A stretch of 64,000 bases of DNA from an uncultured delta proteobacterium (GTDB lineage Bacteria; Myxococcota_A; Polyangia; Polyangiales; Polyangiaceae), in the NCBI GenBank assembly GCA_963850305.1, contig CAWKKR010000005.1, forward strand, positions 32,001 to 96,000, given 5' to 3'. The first letter of the stretch is position 1. Every line of letters starts with the position of its first letter. This document shows positions 41,498-54,137 of this stretch, one piece after another. The translations under genes and the position numbers were made by a program. Below the pieces are notes generated by a model. The model was not told the origin of the DNA. It saw only the letters and a program-made list of their open reading frames with translations, and did no database searches.

Positions 41498-44400
41498 TCA
41501 GAAACCCTGTCCGCCGCCCGAGGCTCCACCAGATCCACCGAGAGAACCTGTCCCCTCGGCCCCACATTGCGGACCTGGGGGAGGCGGACTCGGGGGAGGA
41601 TCGCAGCTCGGAGCGAGTCCGCAGAGGGCACAGATCGGGACGCACCCCAGCCGAATGGCATTGCACGCCCCGGCACCCTCACCCAAAGAAAGCGCGATGC
41701 ATCTGGCCACCGCCACAGACGACGCCTTCCAGCAAGCAGCACAAGCCGCACAGAGATCGTCGGTGGGACAGAGTCCCGACCGATCCGCACCGTTGACGGG
41801 GTCGTCACCTCGATAAGCGTACCGGTTCAAGCTCCGGAGCGGATCTTTCGTAGTCCACCGGCCAGTCTCCGGCTCGTAGTCTCTCGCTGAAAATCGAACG
41901 AGGCCACTGTCCGGATCGTAGAGCCCCGCCGCAAAGCCAAGCGGCTGAAAGCCAGGACTCGTATCGCCAGCAACCCTGCCCCATTCATCAACATCGAACC
42001 GCTCGGCAACCGCTCCCGTTGCCACGTTCACTACCAATCGGGGTGTCCCGATGTGATCGGTTGCGATTCGGTACAGATTTCCGGCTTGCACCATGTAGGC
42101 CGGGGCATCCAACGGAATCCGCGAGTCGGCACTTCGAAGCCTTTCCGTGAGGATGTCCGGCACACGGAGCCCCAGCCTTGTGAGCACCGTCTTGACGCTG
42201 CTCTCCTCACTCCCCGTCCCATCCGCCCAAACAAACCTGCTCACGACGTTCCCCGCCCCATCCAGTCTCCGCGACGATCCTGAGATCGTCGGCGTAGAGC
42301 CATCCCTTCACGAGCACGCCGTCGATCTTCTTCCCGACCCGCCTCCCCATGCCGTCGATGACGTAATCGATCGCCCTCCCATCTGGCAGATCGACGTGCG
42401 TCAGATTCCCGAGCGCGTCGTACGTATACGTCGTCGTCTGCCCCGAGGACGTATCCGTCTTCGTCCGGAGCGCGCCGTCCGTCGTGTACGTGTACGTCAG
42501 TGTCCCGTACGTGAGCAGCCGGTCCTGCGCGTCGTATGTCCCCGCGCTGGTCGTCCCGTGCTCGACGTCGGTGAACAGCGTCCGATTGCCGTTGGCGTCG
42601 TACGCATACGTCCTGACCGCCGCGCCATTCTCGGCGACGCTGATGAGGCGTCCGACCTGGTCGTACCCGTACTCGGTGACGGTGGTCGTGCCCTGGATGG
42701 TCTCGGTTTTCTGCTGAATGCGTCCGAGCGCATCGCGCGCGTACGAGACGCTGTACAAGTCGCTCGACCCGAACTTCGCGTCGTAGGATGCGACCTCTCC
42801 AAACTGGTCGTACGTGCGGGCGTCCGTCACTGAGCCGAGCGTCGTGGTCTGGAGGCGCGGCGCAGTCGGATCGTACGTGAGCGCCATCGAACCCGCCGGT
42901 GTCGCGACGCTGGTGACGAGGCCGTCGTTGTCGTAGCCGAGGGTAGCTTTCGTCGTGGCGTCGCCGTCGATGGTCTCTGTCGCGACTCGGAGGAAATGGT
43001 CGTAGGTGCGCGCGACGCTGCCGCTCACGGCGCCGCTCCAGGTGGTGCCCGTCAGGAGCTTTCCGTCGTATGCGTAGGCGAGATTGACGCCGTACGGGCC
43101 AGTAGCGCTGGTCAGCCTGCCGGTGGTCGCGCTGTACCCGAGCGTCTCGGTGCCGGTGGGGAGGGTCACGGTCCGCATGCGGCCCGACGAATCGTAGCCC
43201 ATCGTGACGGCGGAGCCATCGGCACGATCGACTTCCGTCGGATGGCCGTCGAGATCGTAGGCGTAGCTCGTCGTGGCAGGGCCGTTGCCGTCTCCGGTGT
43301 CGGGGGCGGTGTAGCTCTCGAGTCGGTTGTCCGGCGTGTACGAGAAGAGGTGCGAGGGTTTGCCGGGCGGCGTGACGCTCGTGAGGTTGCCGAGAGCGTC
43401 GTAACCGAAGCCGACGACCGTCCCGTCGGCGCGGTGGTGGGCGGTGACGCGCCCACGGCGTCGTGGTCGTAGGTTTCGGTCTGGCCGAGGGCGTCGGTGA
43501 CGGAGGCGAGGTTGCCGTCGAGAGTCGTAGGCGTTGGTGGTGGTGCGGGTGTCTTGAGTGATGGCCTGGAGATGGCCTCGGGGGTCGTAGAAGAAGTCGA
43601 CGGGAGCGAGGCCAGCAGTCGTGACTTCCAGTGGACGACCCTGTCCGTCCACCGCGGTTGTCGTGATGCGGCCGGCCGCGGACGTTGCCGTCTCTGTCTT
43701 CGATGGTCCGGTAAACGCCGCCACGCTCTGAAGGCCGTTGATCGCCGAACTGTCGGAGTAGCTCTGGAGGTTGAATGGATCGCTGTTGACGGTCGTCACG
43801 GATTGCGCGTCCGCGGTTGCGAGGGTGACGCCGGATGGCGTCGTGAGCGTGGTGCTGGTGGCGATGGGTCCGACCATGCCCCAGCGCGCGGAGGCGCCGA
43901 GTACGGCGGTCGTCGTCGTGCCGTCCGGGACGGTCGTGGTGCTGGTCTGCGTGGACACGTGACGCTGCCGGACGATGGGGAGGCCGTCGTCGATGACGTT
44001 GGTGTCGACGAGATCGCCAGTCGGAAGCGTCTCGGTGGAATAGGTGGCGGTGACGCCGAGCGTGGTCTGGCGCGTCACGGTGAAGCCGCTGCTGTCGGTG
44101 GTGCGGGTGAGGTTTTTGACGACGCCAGCGGGGGATTGGTCCCGAATGATATAGCCGTTGGGGTCCCAGTCGAATTGGTGGACGCCGCCGCGAGCGTCTT
44201 GCATCTGGGTCATCAGGCCATCTGGCGTGTAGGTAAACCGGCTCACGGCGCCAGCCGGGTCGGTGACTTGAGAGAGGAATCCATCGTCATCGAGCGCCAG
44301 GGAGGTGGTGTGGCCGTACGGGCCGACGATGGTGTTCGGGTTGCCGGCGAGATCGCGCTGAATGGTAGTCTGGTTGCCGTCGCCGTCGGTCACACTGACG

Positions 44401-47400
44401 AGATGGCCGTCGGAATCGTATCCGAAGCTGAACAAGGTGCCGCCCGTGAGGGCGCTCCGAGTGCGAAGATGGCGGCCGTTGGCGTCGAATTCGTACACCT
44501 GCTCGCCATCCTCGGAAGGGATGAGAATGTCCGCGGAGAGGACACCTCCCGGCAGCGGCGGATGGATGCGGCGGATCGTGTCATCCTCGAGACTCAGGAG
44601 GAGCGAGCCATCGGGAGCGAGGGTGAAGCTGAAAAAATGTCCGATGGGCGCCCGCCCTGCCGGAACGCTGTCCGGTACCGCCGCGTGCGCCACGTCCCCG
44701 GTACCGACCAGCGTGTTGATGATCCCACTCGGCGAGACGGTTCGAAGACGGAAGTTTCCCCAGTCTTCGAAATAGAGGGTGCCGTCGGGCCCTATCTCCA
44801 GGTGCTCCGGCAAAGCCAATAGGGCCTCGGTCGCGGGCCCACCATCTCCAGAGTACCCAGGCCCGGCAGCCTGGTACACGCCAGCAACGATGGAGACCTT
44901 CCCATCCGGGGACAGGCGTCCTATCAAGGCGCGCGCACTCTGAGTGAAGTACACGCTTCCGTCCGCGCCGACGGCGAGCCCGCCGTCGAGGTTGCTGTCG
45001 TTGACGACATTCGACAGGTTCGGGACCAGCGTACGGATCGTGCCGTCACAGGCGATCTGCCTCAAACCGCCTTGCACGAGCCCATCTTGGTCAAGCACGT
45101 AGACCGAGCAGTCCGGACCGGAAGCGACGGCCACGATGCTGCAGAAAGTCGCCGCCGTGGCAGGTCCCCCATCGCCGGAGTAACAGCCGTTGCTCGGGAG
45201 TTTGGGATCGACGACGCCGCCAGCGATGGTAATCATGGTTCCGTCCGCCTGAAGCCGGCGAAGGCGCGGAATGGGGACGCTCGTGGTTCTTGAGTTGACT
45301 TGGTCGGCCACCAGCAGAGTATCAGCCTGCTCACCGGTCAGAAGTGCAGAACCACAAACCCCGGCGACGCTCGCTGACGCGCCGTTGGGAGGCAGGCTGC
45401 CCGCGTCGCAGGACGCTCCTGCGGAAGGCATGATTAGCGAAACCAGTCCTGATTGAGCGTCGATCCGGTGCACGCCGGTCGCGCTACTGAAGTAGACGTC
45501 GCCGTTCGCCATCGCGACAACGGACGTGGGGGCCATCTCGGAGTAAAGCCGAGGGACACCATCGGTTACGCCTGCACCAAAGTACGGTATCCCCGCAAAC
45601 CGTTCCATGACGGCTCCGGCGGCGGCGACGTTTCGAGTCGTTCCATCTCCCTTGTACAACGTCGGTCCGTACGGGTCGTACCAGTGGTGGACGTCGACCG
45701 TCCACCCAGCGACGTCGGTTTCGCGGGCGTCCTCGGTTCCGAGGGTCATGTTCGTCGTCGTCCAGATGATGTATTCGCTGCGCGCCCGGTCCGTCGTGAG
45801 CGAGACGTTCGGCTGGGCCGAATACTGCGCGAATGCGTTGGCGACATCGGACGGCGGAGCGTAAACGGCGGGGACGATCCGCCCGACGCGCACGACAGCC
45901 GGTTGACTTCCAGTGAGCACCCGTCCGTACGCATCCTGGCCATCCCACTCGAAGACGTAGTTCTGGTTGGGTTCGGCCGGGAAGCTCTGCTGGAACGTGC
46001 GCCCCGCGACATCGACCTCCAGATCGAATCCGACCGTCGTGCTGCCAATCTCGGAGCCCGATATCGGAATGTTGATCGTGCGCGCAATCCGCCGCCCCGG
46101 AACTCGGTCGCTGCGGTAGGTCAGGTTCATGTTCGTTCCGGCGACATGGAGCGATTCGCCCATCGTCTGGTCTTGCATGCTGAGACTGGAGCCCGGCTCG
46201 TTGCACATGGCCCCAGTGCCTCCCCCTCCGGGGCCAGGGCCGGGCGAGCCGCCGGGGCCGCCGCCGCTGCCGGTCCCACCGTTTCCAGGAGGATCGTCAG
46301 GTTCGTAGGGCCAGTTCGCGTCCGCGCCGGTCCAATGCGACAGTGGCGCTCGCCAGAGCTGAGTGCCCGGCGCGTACGTCTGCGCGAGCTGTTGCCGCTC
46401 CGCGTCCGTGATCCCCATCGTGGCCAGCTCCGCGTCGCTCGCCTGTGAGCCGGATCCATCGACGCTCAGATCGGCGAGCCCGTTCATCACTGCAAGGATT
46501 TGGATGACTACACCGTTTGGCTGCGGCACCCAGCACCCGGTGATGCGATCGTATGTCCCGATGGGCACGATGGTGCCGACAGGGAAATGGAGAAAATTCT
46601 CCACGTAGAGGGGCACGGCGCGGTCGAAGGTTACCGTCGTGGCGCCCGCGGCAACGGCCTCGTCGGCGGTCAGCTCGACGGCGTAGGTATACCCTGAAGC
46701 TGCAGGCAGGACCCCCGGCATCCTCTCCGGACCCTCCGGGCCCACGGTAAACTCGGTCGCGTGCACGGTGATCGAGTCGAGCGGTTGCGAGGTGCCGTCT
46801 GGGAGCACCATCGTGGCATTCGTTCCCGGTTCGAAGAAGACGCGCGCTTGCCGCGTTCCGTCGTCATCGGACACCGGACTTCCCGCCGCGACCTGCAAGT
46901 CTGGGTTTCCGAGCGTGACGACCGTAGCCACCGGGTCTACCGCAACCAACACAACGTCCTCGAGCACGACCGAATCGTTCCAAGGGAGCGAAACCTTTCG
47001 CTGCGCGGTCAGGAATCCAGGGTTCGAGAACTGGACGATCGATTGTCCCCCGCCATTCACGACGAGGTCGTACATGCCGTCGGCGCGCGTGCGCGTGCCG
47101 CCGAGTTCCGGATGCCCTTCGATCTGTACGGCAACCCCGGATAGAGGCGCGTTGTTGGCGTCGAGCACGCGGCCTCGGACTACCGCAGCGCGGACAGGGT
47201 TGATCGTACCGGGCAGAACGCCCGTCTGGATCGGGTGATCGCCCGAGATGAGGAACGAGACGCGATCGAGGAGCGAAAGATTGGTGGTCAGGTTGACCGG
47301 CGGCGCGATCGTTGCCGGATCGGGCGGCACGACGGGGACGCAGGCGTCGGCACCGTTACAATACGCCGACGGGCCGCAGACAGTCCCGTTCGCGGCCAGG

Positions 47401-50400
47401 GGATGCGAGACGCCTCGAAGTGGGTCGCAGAGGTCCTGCGTACACGGATCTCCGTCGTCCGTGGCGACAGGTGTGCCGGATTGGCACTGACCGGCAGCGC
47501 TGCACACTTCGTTCCCGTTGCAGACATTGCCGTCCGAGCAGGAGCTGCCCGCGGGCAAAACGACGTGCGTCACTCCCGCGTTCGGATCGCAGGCGTCCGT
47601 GGTGCACGGATTGCCGTCGTCGATCGCGACGGGTTGACCCGTGCACGCGCCGCCTGCGCACGCGTCGCTCGTCGTGCACGCGTTGGCGTCGGAGCACGAG
47701 GTGCCGTCTGCAATCGCGACGTGGACGACGCCGGTCGCGGGATTGCACGAGTCGATTGTGCAGGGGTTCCCGTCGTTCGAGTCGAGCGGTGTGCCGGCCC
47801 GGCAATAGCCAGTGCCGCTGCACGTCTCGGTTCCGTTGCACTGGTTCGCATCGGCGCAGCTCGTGCCAGCTGCGGACGGAGAATGCAGGACGCCCTTGAT
47901 GGGATCGCAAGAATCGTCGGTGCACAGATTGTTGTCGGACAGGATGGGGGCCGTGCCGGGCAAACAGAGGCCGTGCGAGTCACAGATCTCGGCGCCGTTG
48001 CAGAAGTTACCGTCCGAGCAGGACGCGCCGGCAGGTGCGAGCGTGTGCGTCACGCCGAGCGCCGGATCACAGCTATCCACCGTGCACGGATCCCCGTCAT
48101 CGATGACCGGCGCGCTACCCGCCAGACAATCGCCGCTCGCGTCGCAAAGTTCCAGGCCGTTGCAGGCGTTGTCGTCGGAGCACGAAGTTCCGGCCGCTGC
48201 GAGTACGTGAGTGACCGCTCCCGATGCGGGGGCGCAAGCATCGGTCGTACAGGGATTTCCGTCGTCGACGTCGAGGGGCGTACCCGAGCAAAGGCCGCTC
48301 GTGCAGCGTTCGTGTGTCGTGCAGAAGTTGCCGTCGCTACACGCCGAGCCATCCGGGAACGGCGTGTGCGTGACGCCCTTGACGGGATCGCAAGCGTCCG
48401 CCGTACACGGATTGCCGTCGTCGACAGGGGTGGCTTCGGCGCTCGCCTGGCAGACGCCGGACTCACAGGTTTCGGTGCCGTTGCAGAGGTTGTTGTCGGG
48501 ACAGGCGGTGCCATCAGGAACGGCAACGTGCGTGACGTTGCCGCTGACGGGGTCGCACGCGTCGGCCGTGCACGGGTTGCCGTCGTCGATGCTGAGCGGG
48601 GTGCCGGCGGTGCAGGCGCCGTCGGCGCAGAGTTCGACGCCGTTGCAAGCATCGCTATCGGGACACGGGGTGCCGTCGGGGAGAGCACCGCTTCCCGAAG
48701 TGGTGCTGGTGCAGAAGGTGCCCGTGCACGAGCCGGAATTGGCGCGCGTTACGCACTGGGGCGGGAAGGAGGCGCCGGCACCCACGGTGCAAGTGCCGTT
48801 GCAGGTGCCGTCGGTGCTGGCACAAGGCGCCCCCGTGTCGGCGAGAGCGATAGCACGGGAGGCAGGGTCGCAACTATCGGCGGTGCAGTTGCAGGAAACG
48901 GTGGTGCACGGGTTGTCGTCTTCAGCGCAAACCTGCTGGCACTGGAAGAGAGCGTCGTCCTGCGACGAGCAGGCGCCGAAGATCATGTCGCACGACGTGA
49001 ACTGCGACGCCGCCGCGCAGCCCAGGAAGGACGTCGACTGCGTCGCGCACGCCCCCGTCGCAAGGTTACAGTCGCGCAGGCACTCCGAGGGATCCACGCA
49101 GCCCGCCGCTGCGAGTCCCTGACAGGCTGTCAGACACGCGGAACCCGTAGCGGGCACGCAGGCGCCGGTGGCGTCGCAGACGGAGTGGTCGTTGCAAGGA
49201 AGCCCTGGAGTGATGACGTGCGTCGGCACTCCGGAGGCGTCACAGGCATCGACGGTGCATGGGTTTCCGTCGGGAGCGGGAACGCAATGCCCGGCGGTGC
49301 ACGTCAGCGCGCGCGCGAGAGAGTCTTCGCAGCCGTTCGCAGTGAAGAGCGGAATCGAATGGCCTGCGACACTTAAGGTCTGTCCGGGGAAGCATTCCCA
49401 TTGCGGGTTCTGCCCCGCGCAGGTGAAGTATGAACTCCAGTCATCCGCGCAGCCCGGGGCTTCGGTCGCTTGCACGCAAGTCGCCAGACAGTTCGCCGGT
49501 GCGCAGCCCGCTTGGGTGAGTGACGCGCAGAGGTCGACGCACGGGACCGCTCCCGGACCTGCTTCGGCGCAGACGAAGGCGCGGTCCGACTGCTGCTCAC
49601 AGCCGTTGACGGCGAAGTTGAGCTCCCCGGTGCATTCCGTCCGAGGCGCGGGGCCCGCGCAAGCGTCGAGCGCCGCGAAGACGCTGTCGCAACCGGTCGC
49701 GGCAGAGCACACTTCGGACACGCAGTCCTGCTGGGTGAGCCCGAGGCATCCAGATCCGCTGAGGTCGGAGCAGAAGCTCGGACAACCGGAGAGCTCAGTA
49801 CAGGTGCCATCGCCATCGCAAGCCGCGTCGCTGCCGCACGCGGTCCCCACGCAAGCGGGCGCGTGGGTCGTACCCGTGGTCGGATCGCAGGTGTCGATGG
49901 TGCACGGGTTGCCGTCGTCGACCGCGACGCACCCACCGCTCGTCGTGCAGGTCGCGAGAATCGCTGAACGCGCCGTCGCATCCGGCAACGGTGAAGGGCG
50001 CCGGACCTCCGGGCGTGCACGTGACAGCCGGCGTCACGCCCGCGCATTGGTTCAATTCTTGTAGCGTGCTGCCGCACGCGCCGGACGCGCTCGCCGAGCA
50101 ATACTGGGCATCGCACGCAGCCTGAGTGAGGCCCGGCACGCATCCCGCCGCGACGACGGCGGAGCAGATCCCATCGCACCCCCCTATGTCGACACACGCG
50201 CCCGTGGCGTCGCAGACACGATTGTCGAGGCAGGGACTGCCGGTCGCAGCGGGTGTATGCGTCGTCGCTCCGCTGGTCGGATCGCAGGTATCGACGGTGC
50301 ACGGGTTGCCGTCGTCGGCAGGCGTGCAAGCGCCGGTCGCGCATGCGAAGGTTTGCTGGACCTGCGTCGCGCAGCCATTCACCGAGAAGGACGCGACGCC

Positions 50401-53400
50401 GCCCGACGCGCAGGTCACTTGTGGCGCCGAGCCGGCGCATTGAAGTAGTGCGCCGAGGCTGCTCGAGCACGGCGCGCTCGCCGCGGGACCGACGCAGGTG
50501 TTGAAGCAATCGGTCTCGGATGAACAGCCGGCGGCGGCGACGGCCGTGCAGAGATCGGCGCAGCCGGTAGCGCCGGGCCCGCCGTCTTCGCACGCGGCGA
50601 GCTCGAGCGCGCTCGTGTCGCAGCCTTGAATCGTGTATCCGAGCGGGCCGCCACACGCAACGGCGGGCGTCGACCCGGCGCACGTCGTCAATGCCGTCAG
50701 CGCGCTGCCGCAACTCGATGCTGTGGAGCCCTGGCAGAGCGACGCTTCGCAGTCGGACTCCGAGAAAACGCCGGGGCAGCCCGCGGCCGCAATCGCCGTG
50801 CAGGTGGTCTTGCAGCCGGGGACGTTCTTGCAGTCGCCGTCGCCGTCGCAGGTCGCGTTGTCGCCGCAGGACGTGCCGGCCGCGACTGGTAAATGCTGCG
50901 GGCCGTTCACGGGGTCGCACGTGTCGAGCGTGCAAGGGTTCGCGTCGCCGAAGACCGGGCACGGATTTCCTTCGGCGTCGCACGCAAGGTTCGCCTGGAG
51001 CTGCTGTTCGCACCCGACCACCGTGAACGGCGCGCTCCCCCCAGTCGTGCACGTCACGGTCGGGGTCGAGCCCGTGCAAGCCGTCAGGGCCGCGAACTCG
51101 GTCTGACAGGTGCCGCTTGCTGGGAGCGTGGCGCACTCGCCGAGGCACTGGTCCGTCATGAGGCCGCAGTTCGCGACCGCTTCCGCCGAGCACAGAATCC
51201 GCGCAGCCCGGAACGTCGCCGCCGAGCACCTGGCACGCATGCACGGCCGCGGCTTCACGCTCGCAGCCGGTGACCGAGAACCCCAGATCGCCGCTGCAAG
51301 AGATCGCGGGGGAAGTTCCGGCACAGGCGACGAGCGCCGCGATGTCGTCCCCGCATTGCACGGCGGTCTGCTGGGAGTCGAGCACGTCTTCGCAGTCGAG
51401 CCCGGTCGTCGAGCATCCGGCGCTCCCGACGGCGTTGCACAGCGTTGCCCCGGTCGCGACGCGCCCTTCTTTTTGACATGCGGTCAGGGCGAATTGCTTC
51501 GCGTCGCAACCGGTCACCGTGAACCCGGAGCTCCCGCCGCACGTTACTGTCGGCGAGGAGCCCGCACAGGAAACGGAATCCGAGAGCGGCGCGGCGCAGG
51601 TGGCGTCTTCGGTCCCAGGACAGAGCGAACTCTGGCATCCGTTCGCGTCGAGACCGGCGCCGCAGTTTGCGGACGCGACCGCCGAGCACAAGGACGAGCA
51701 CCCCGCCTGCACCTGGCAGATGCCTGAAGCATCGCACGTGCGGCCGAGGCCACACGCCGTGCCCGAAGGCAGGGGCGCGTGCGTGATGCCGTGCGCCGGG
51801 TCGCACGCATCGGCGGTACAAGGGTTACCATCGTCCGTGTTCACAGCGCCGAGCGAGAGGCATTCGCCGGTCAGATCGCAGAACTCGCTCCCGTTGCACG
51901 GGTTACCGTCCGAGCACGGCGCCCCATTCGCAAGTGGCGCGTGCATCGCGCCCGTCGCGGGATCGCACGAGTCCGCCGTGCAAGGATTGCCGTCGTCGAT
52001 GGCTACGGGAGTGCCGAGTTCGCACGTGCCGTTCGCATCGCAGAGTTCCAGGCCGTTGCACGCGTTGCCGTCGGAGCACGACGTCCCGGCGGCGACAGGC
52101 ACGTGGGCGACTCCGATCACGGGGTCGCACGAATCCGCGGTGCAGGGGTTTCCATCATCGATGACCGGCGGCGTCCCGGCCGTACAAGTGCCGGTTGCGC
52201 TGCACGTCTCGGAGCCATTGCAGGCATTGCCGTCGGAGCAAGAGGTTCCGAAGGAGACTGGCGTGTGCGTGACGCCGGTCGCCGGATCGCAGCTGTCGAC
52301 CGTGCATGGATTGCCGTCGTCAACGACGGGTGGCGTCCCAGCGGTACAAGTGCCCGTTGCGTTGCACGTCTCGGAGCCGTTACAGGCGTTTCCGTCGGAG
52401 CAAGAGGTCCCGGCGGACACAGGGGTGTGGGTGACTCCGACGGTCATGTCGCAAGCGTCCACGGTGCAGGGATTTGCGTCATCTACCGTGGGCGGCGTAC
52501 CGGCGCCGCACTGACCCGTCGTACCGCACGTTTCTGCTCCGTTGCAGGCGTTGCCATCCGAGCACGACGTGCCCGTAGCGACAGGCGCGTGCGCGCAGGC
52601 CCCCGACGCACACGTGTCTACTGTGCACGGGTTCGAATCGTCGCAAGACGTGGCGCCGCAGGTCGTGGACGAGAAACCGTCTTGGAATGTCGTCACCGAC
52701 CCCGTGCCCACGTCGACATCGCGAGCGAAGAACGCGCCCGTCAGGACGTCGCCCGTACCGACTACCAACGTGCCGTTCGCCACCAACACCAGCGCTTGGA
52801 CCTGGTTCCCGTCGCCGAACGCTGCCGCCTTCGGTGTCGCCGAAAGGGTGCCGCTTGTTCCGTTGATGCCCGATACCTCGACCTGGATACCGCTCGCACT
52901 GAGTGCTGGCGACGCCGGGCCGAGGAACGCGCCGCTGCCCATGCTCCACCGACCTGCCACGTGGATCTGCACGGCGCCCAGAGCCTGGACGCGAGCCCCC
53001 GCGCCAACCGTGACGCTTGCGACCTCGTAGAGCCCTGGTCCGAGTCCAAGAGTACTGCCAGCGTTCACCGTGACGTCTGCGTAGCGTCCTGGTGACGCGA
53101 CGACGGTCCCGCTTCCGACCATCAAGTTCGAGGTTCCCGCCGTTACCGCTGAGACCGCGGGCAATGCCGGTAGCTGCACCAGCGCTGTCACTCCACCGTG
53201 AATCGAGCCGGCGGCGGAAGAAAACTGAGCGGTCTGAACGTCACCCACGACCGCCCCTGATCCGAGGTGGACTGAATTCGCGATGAGATTTTGCGTCTTA
53301 TCGACGACAGCCCCTGCGAGCGTATCGATCGAGACGCCACCTGACAGGAAGGGCCCCGCGCCTGCACCGAGCGCCCCGATGTCGCCCGCGTGGAGGACGC

Positions 53401-53533
53401 TCCCCGATTGAAGGCGTACGCTGTTCGACGCTTCGATGACGAAGTCCGACGTCTTCGGAAAGCACGCGCACATCGGCGCACTTGGCCGACGTTCAGCGCT
53501 CGGTAGTTGCGCAGTTGCCCGGTCATCGGGCAC
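41498..53533 (-). CDS. giant teneurin-like protein (beta-solenoid, Cys-rich repeats, FN-plug, NHL, YD/RHS shell, C-terminal tip), about 4000 aa, split by frameshifts
   Basis: Joins ORFs 49373-53533, 49795-51324, 42207-49988 and 41498-42244 (shifts near 51200, 49960, 43480, 42260); RGRVLD..G.TRTRADGMYDLVVNGGG..LPWN, NHL YSGDGGPA, YD repeats, RHS core GLYDPDSGLVRF.ARDY.PETGRW..KDP. Start codon uncertain. Confidence 0.88.
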
Positions 53534-54137
53534 TACCGGTCACTTCCGTCCAACGAGGACAATCGGCGCCGTCGCACGCCCGAACTAAGCGAGCGATCTC
53601 CTTGTCCGGACCGGGTCGGCGGCGGCTTCGGGAACGGTGAGTGCCGCAAATGGGACTTCTCTGTCTCTCTCAGTACCGTTTTTGGTACTTCGATCGGTGA
53701 TGAGGGTCGGCAAGATGGCCTACCGCGTCCACGACATCGTGACGGCGGCGAGAGTGAGAATCCTGTCGTTCAACGCCTGGACGTCAGACGATCCCAAAAA
53801 AACACGCCACCCCAACCGCAACTACTCGAAATCATGCGGCCCGGTTTTCGACGAAGAGCGGGAGTTAGCCGATCGGCTGACTCCACTCCAGGTCGTCGCG
53901 CGACACCCGTTCGAGATCGACTCCACCGTTGGCTTCGTCATTGAGGCTCGGCGTGGCTCTCGTCTGCGGTCGCCGGTCAGGATCCGAGATGGCCGACACG
54001 TGCGTCCCGAAGGTCAACGTCGCCAAGGAGCTGGCGGAGATCTCCAAGGACGTCACGAACCCCCCGGGGCGCTGATCCGCGACGCCCCCTGTCACGGTGA
54101 GCCCAAGCCCCCCTTCATAGAGTAGAGCTTCGAGAGC

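Noticed and set aside
47340..52660. DNA repeats of about 160 bp period as a possible CRISPR or non-coding array
   Set aside because: They are degenerate coding repeats (DDGNPCT units) with codon-level variation, and no cas genes are present.
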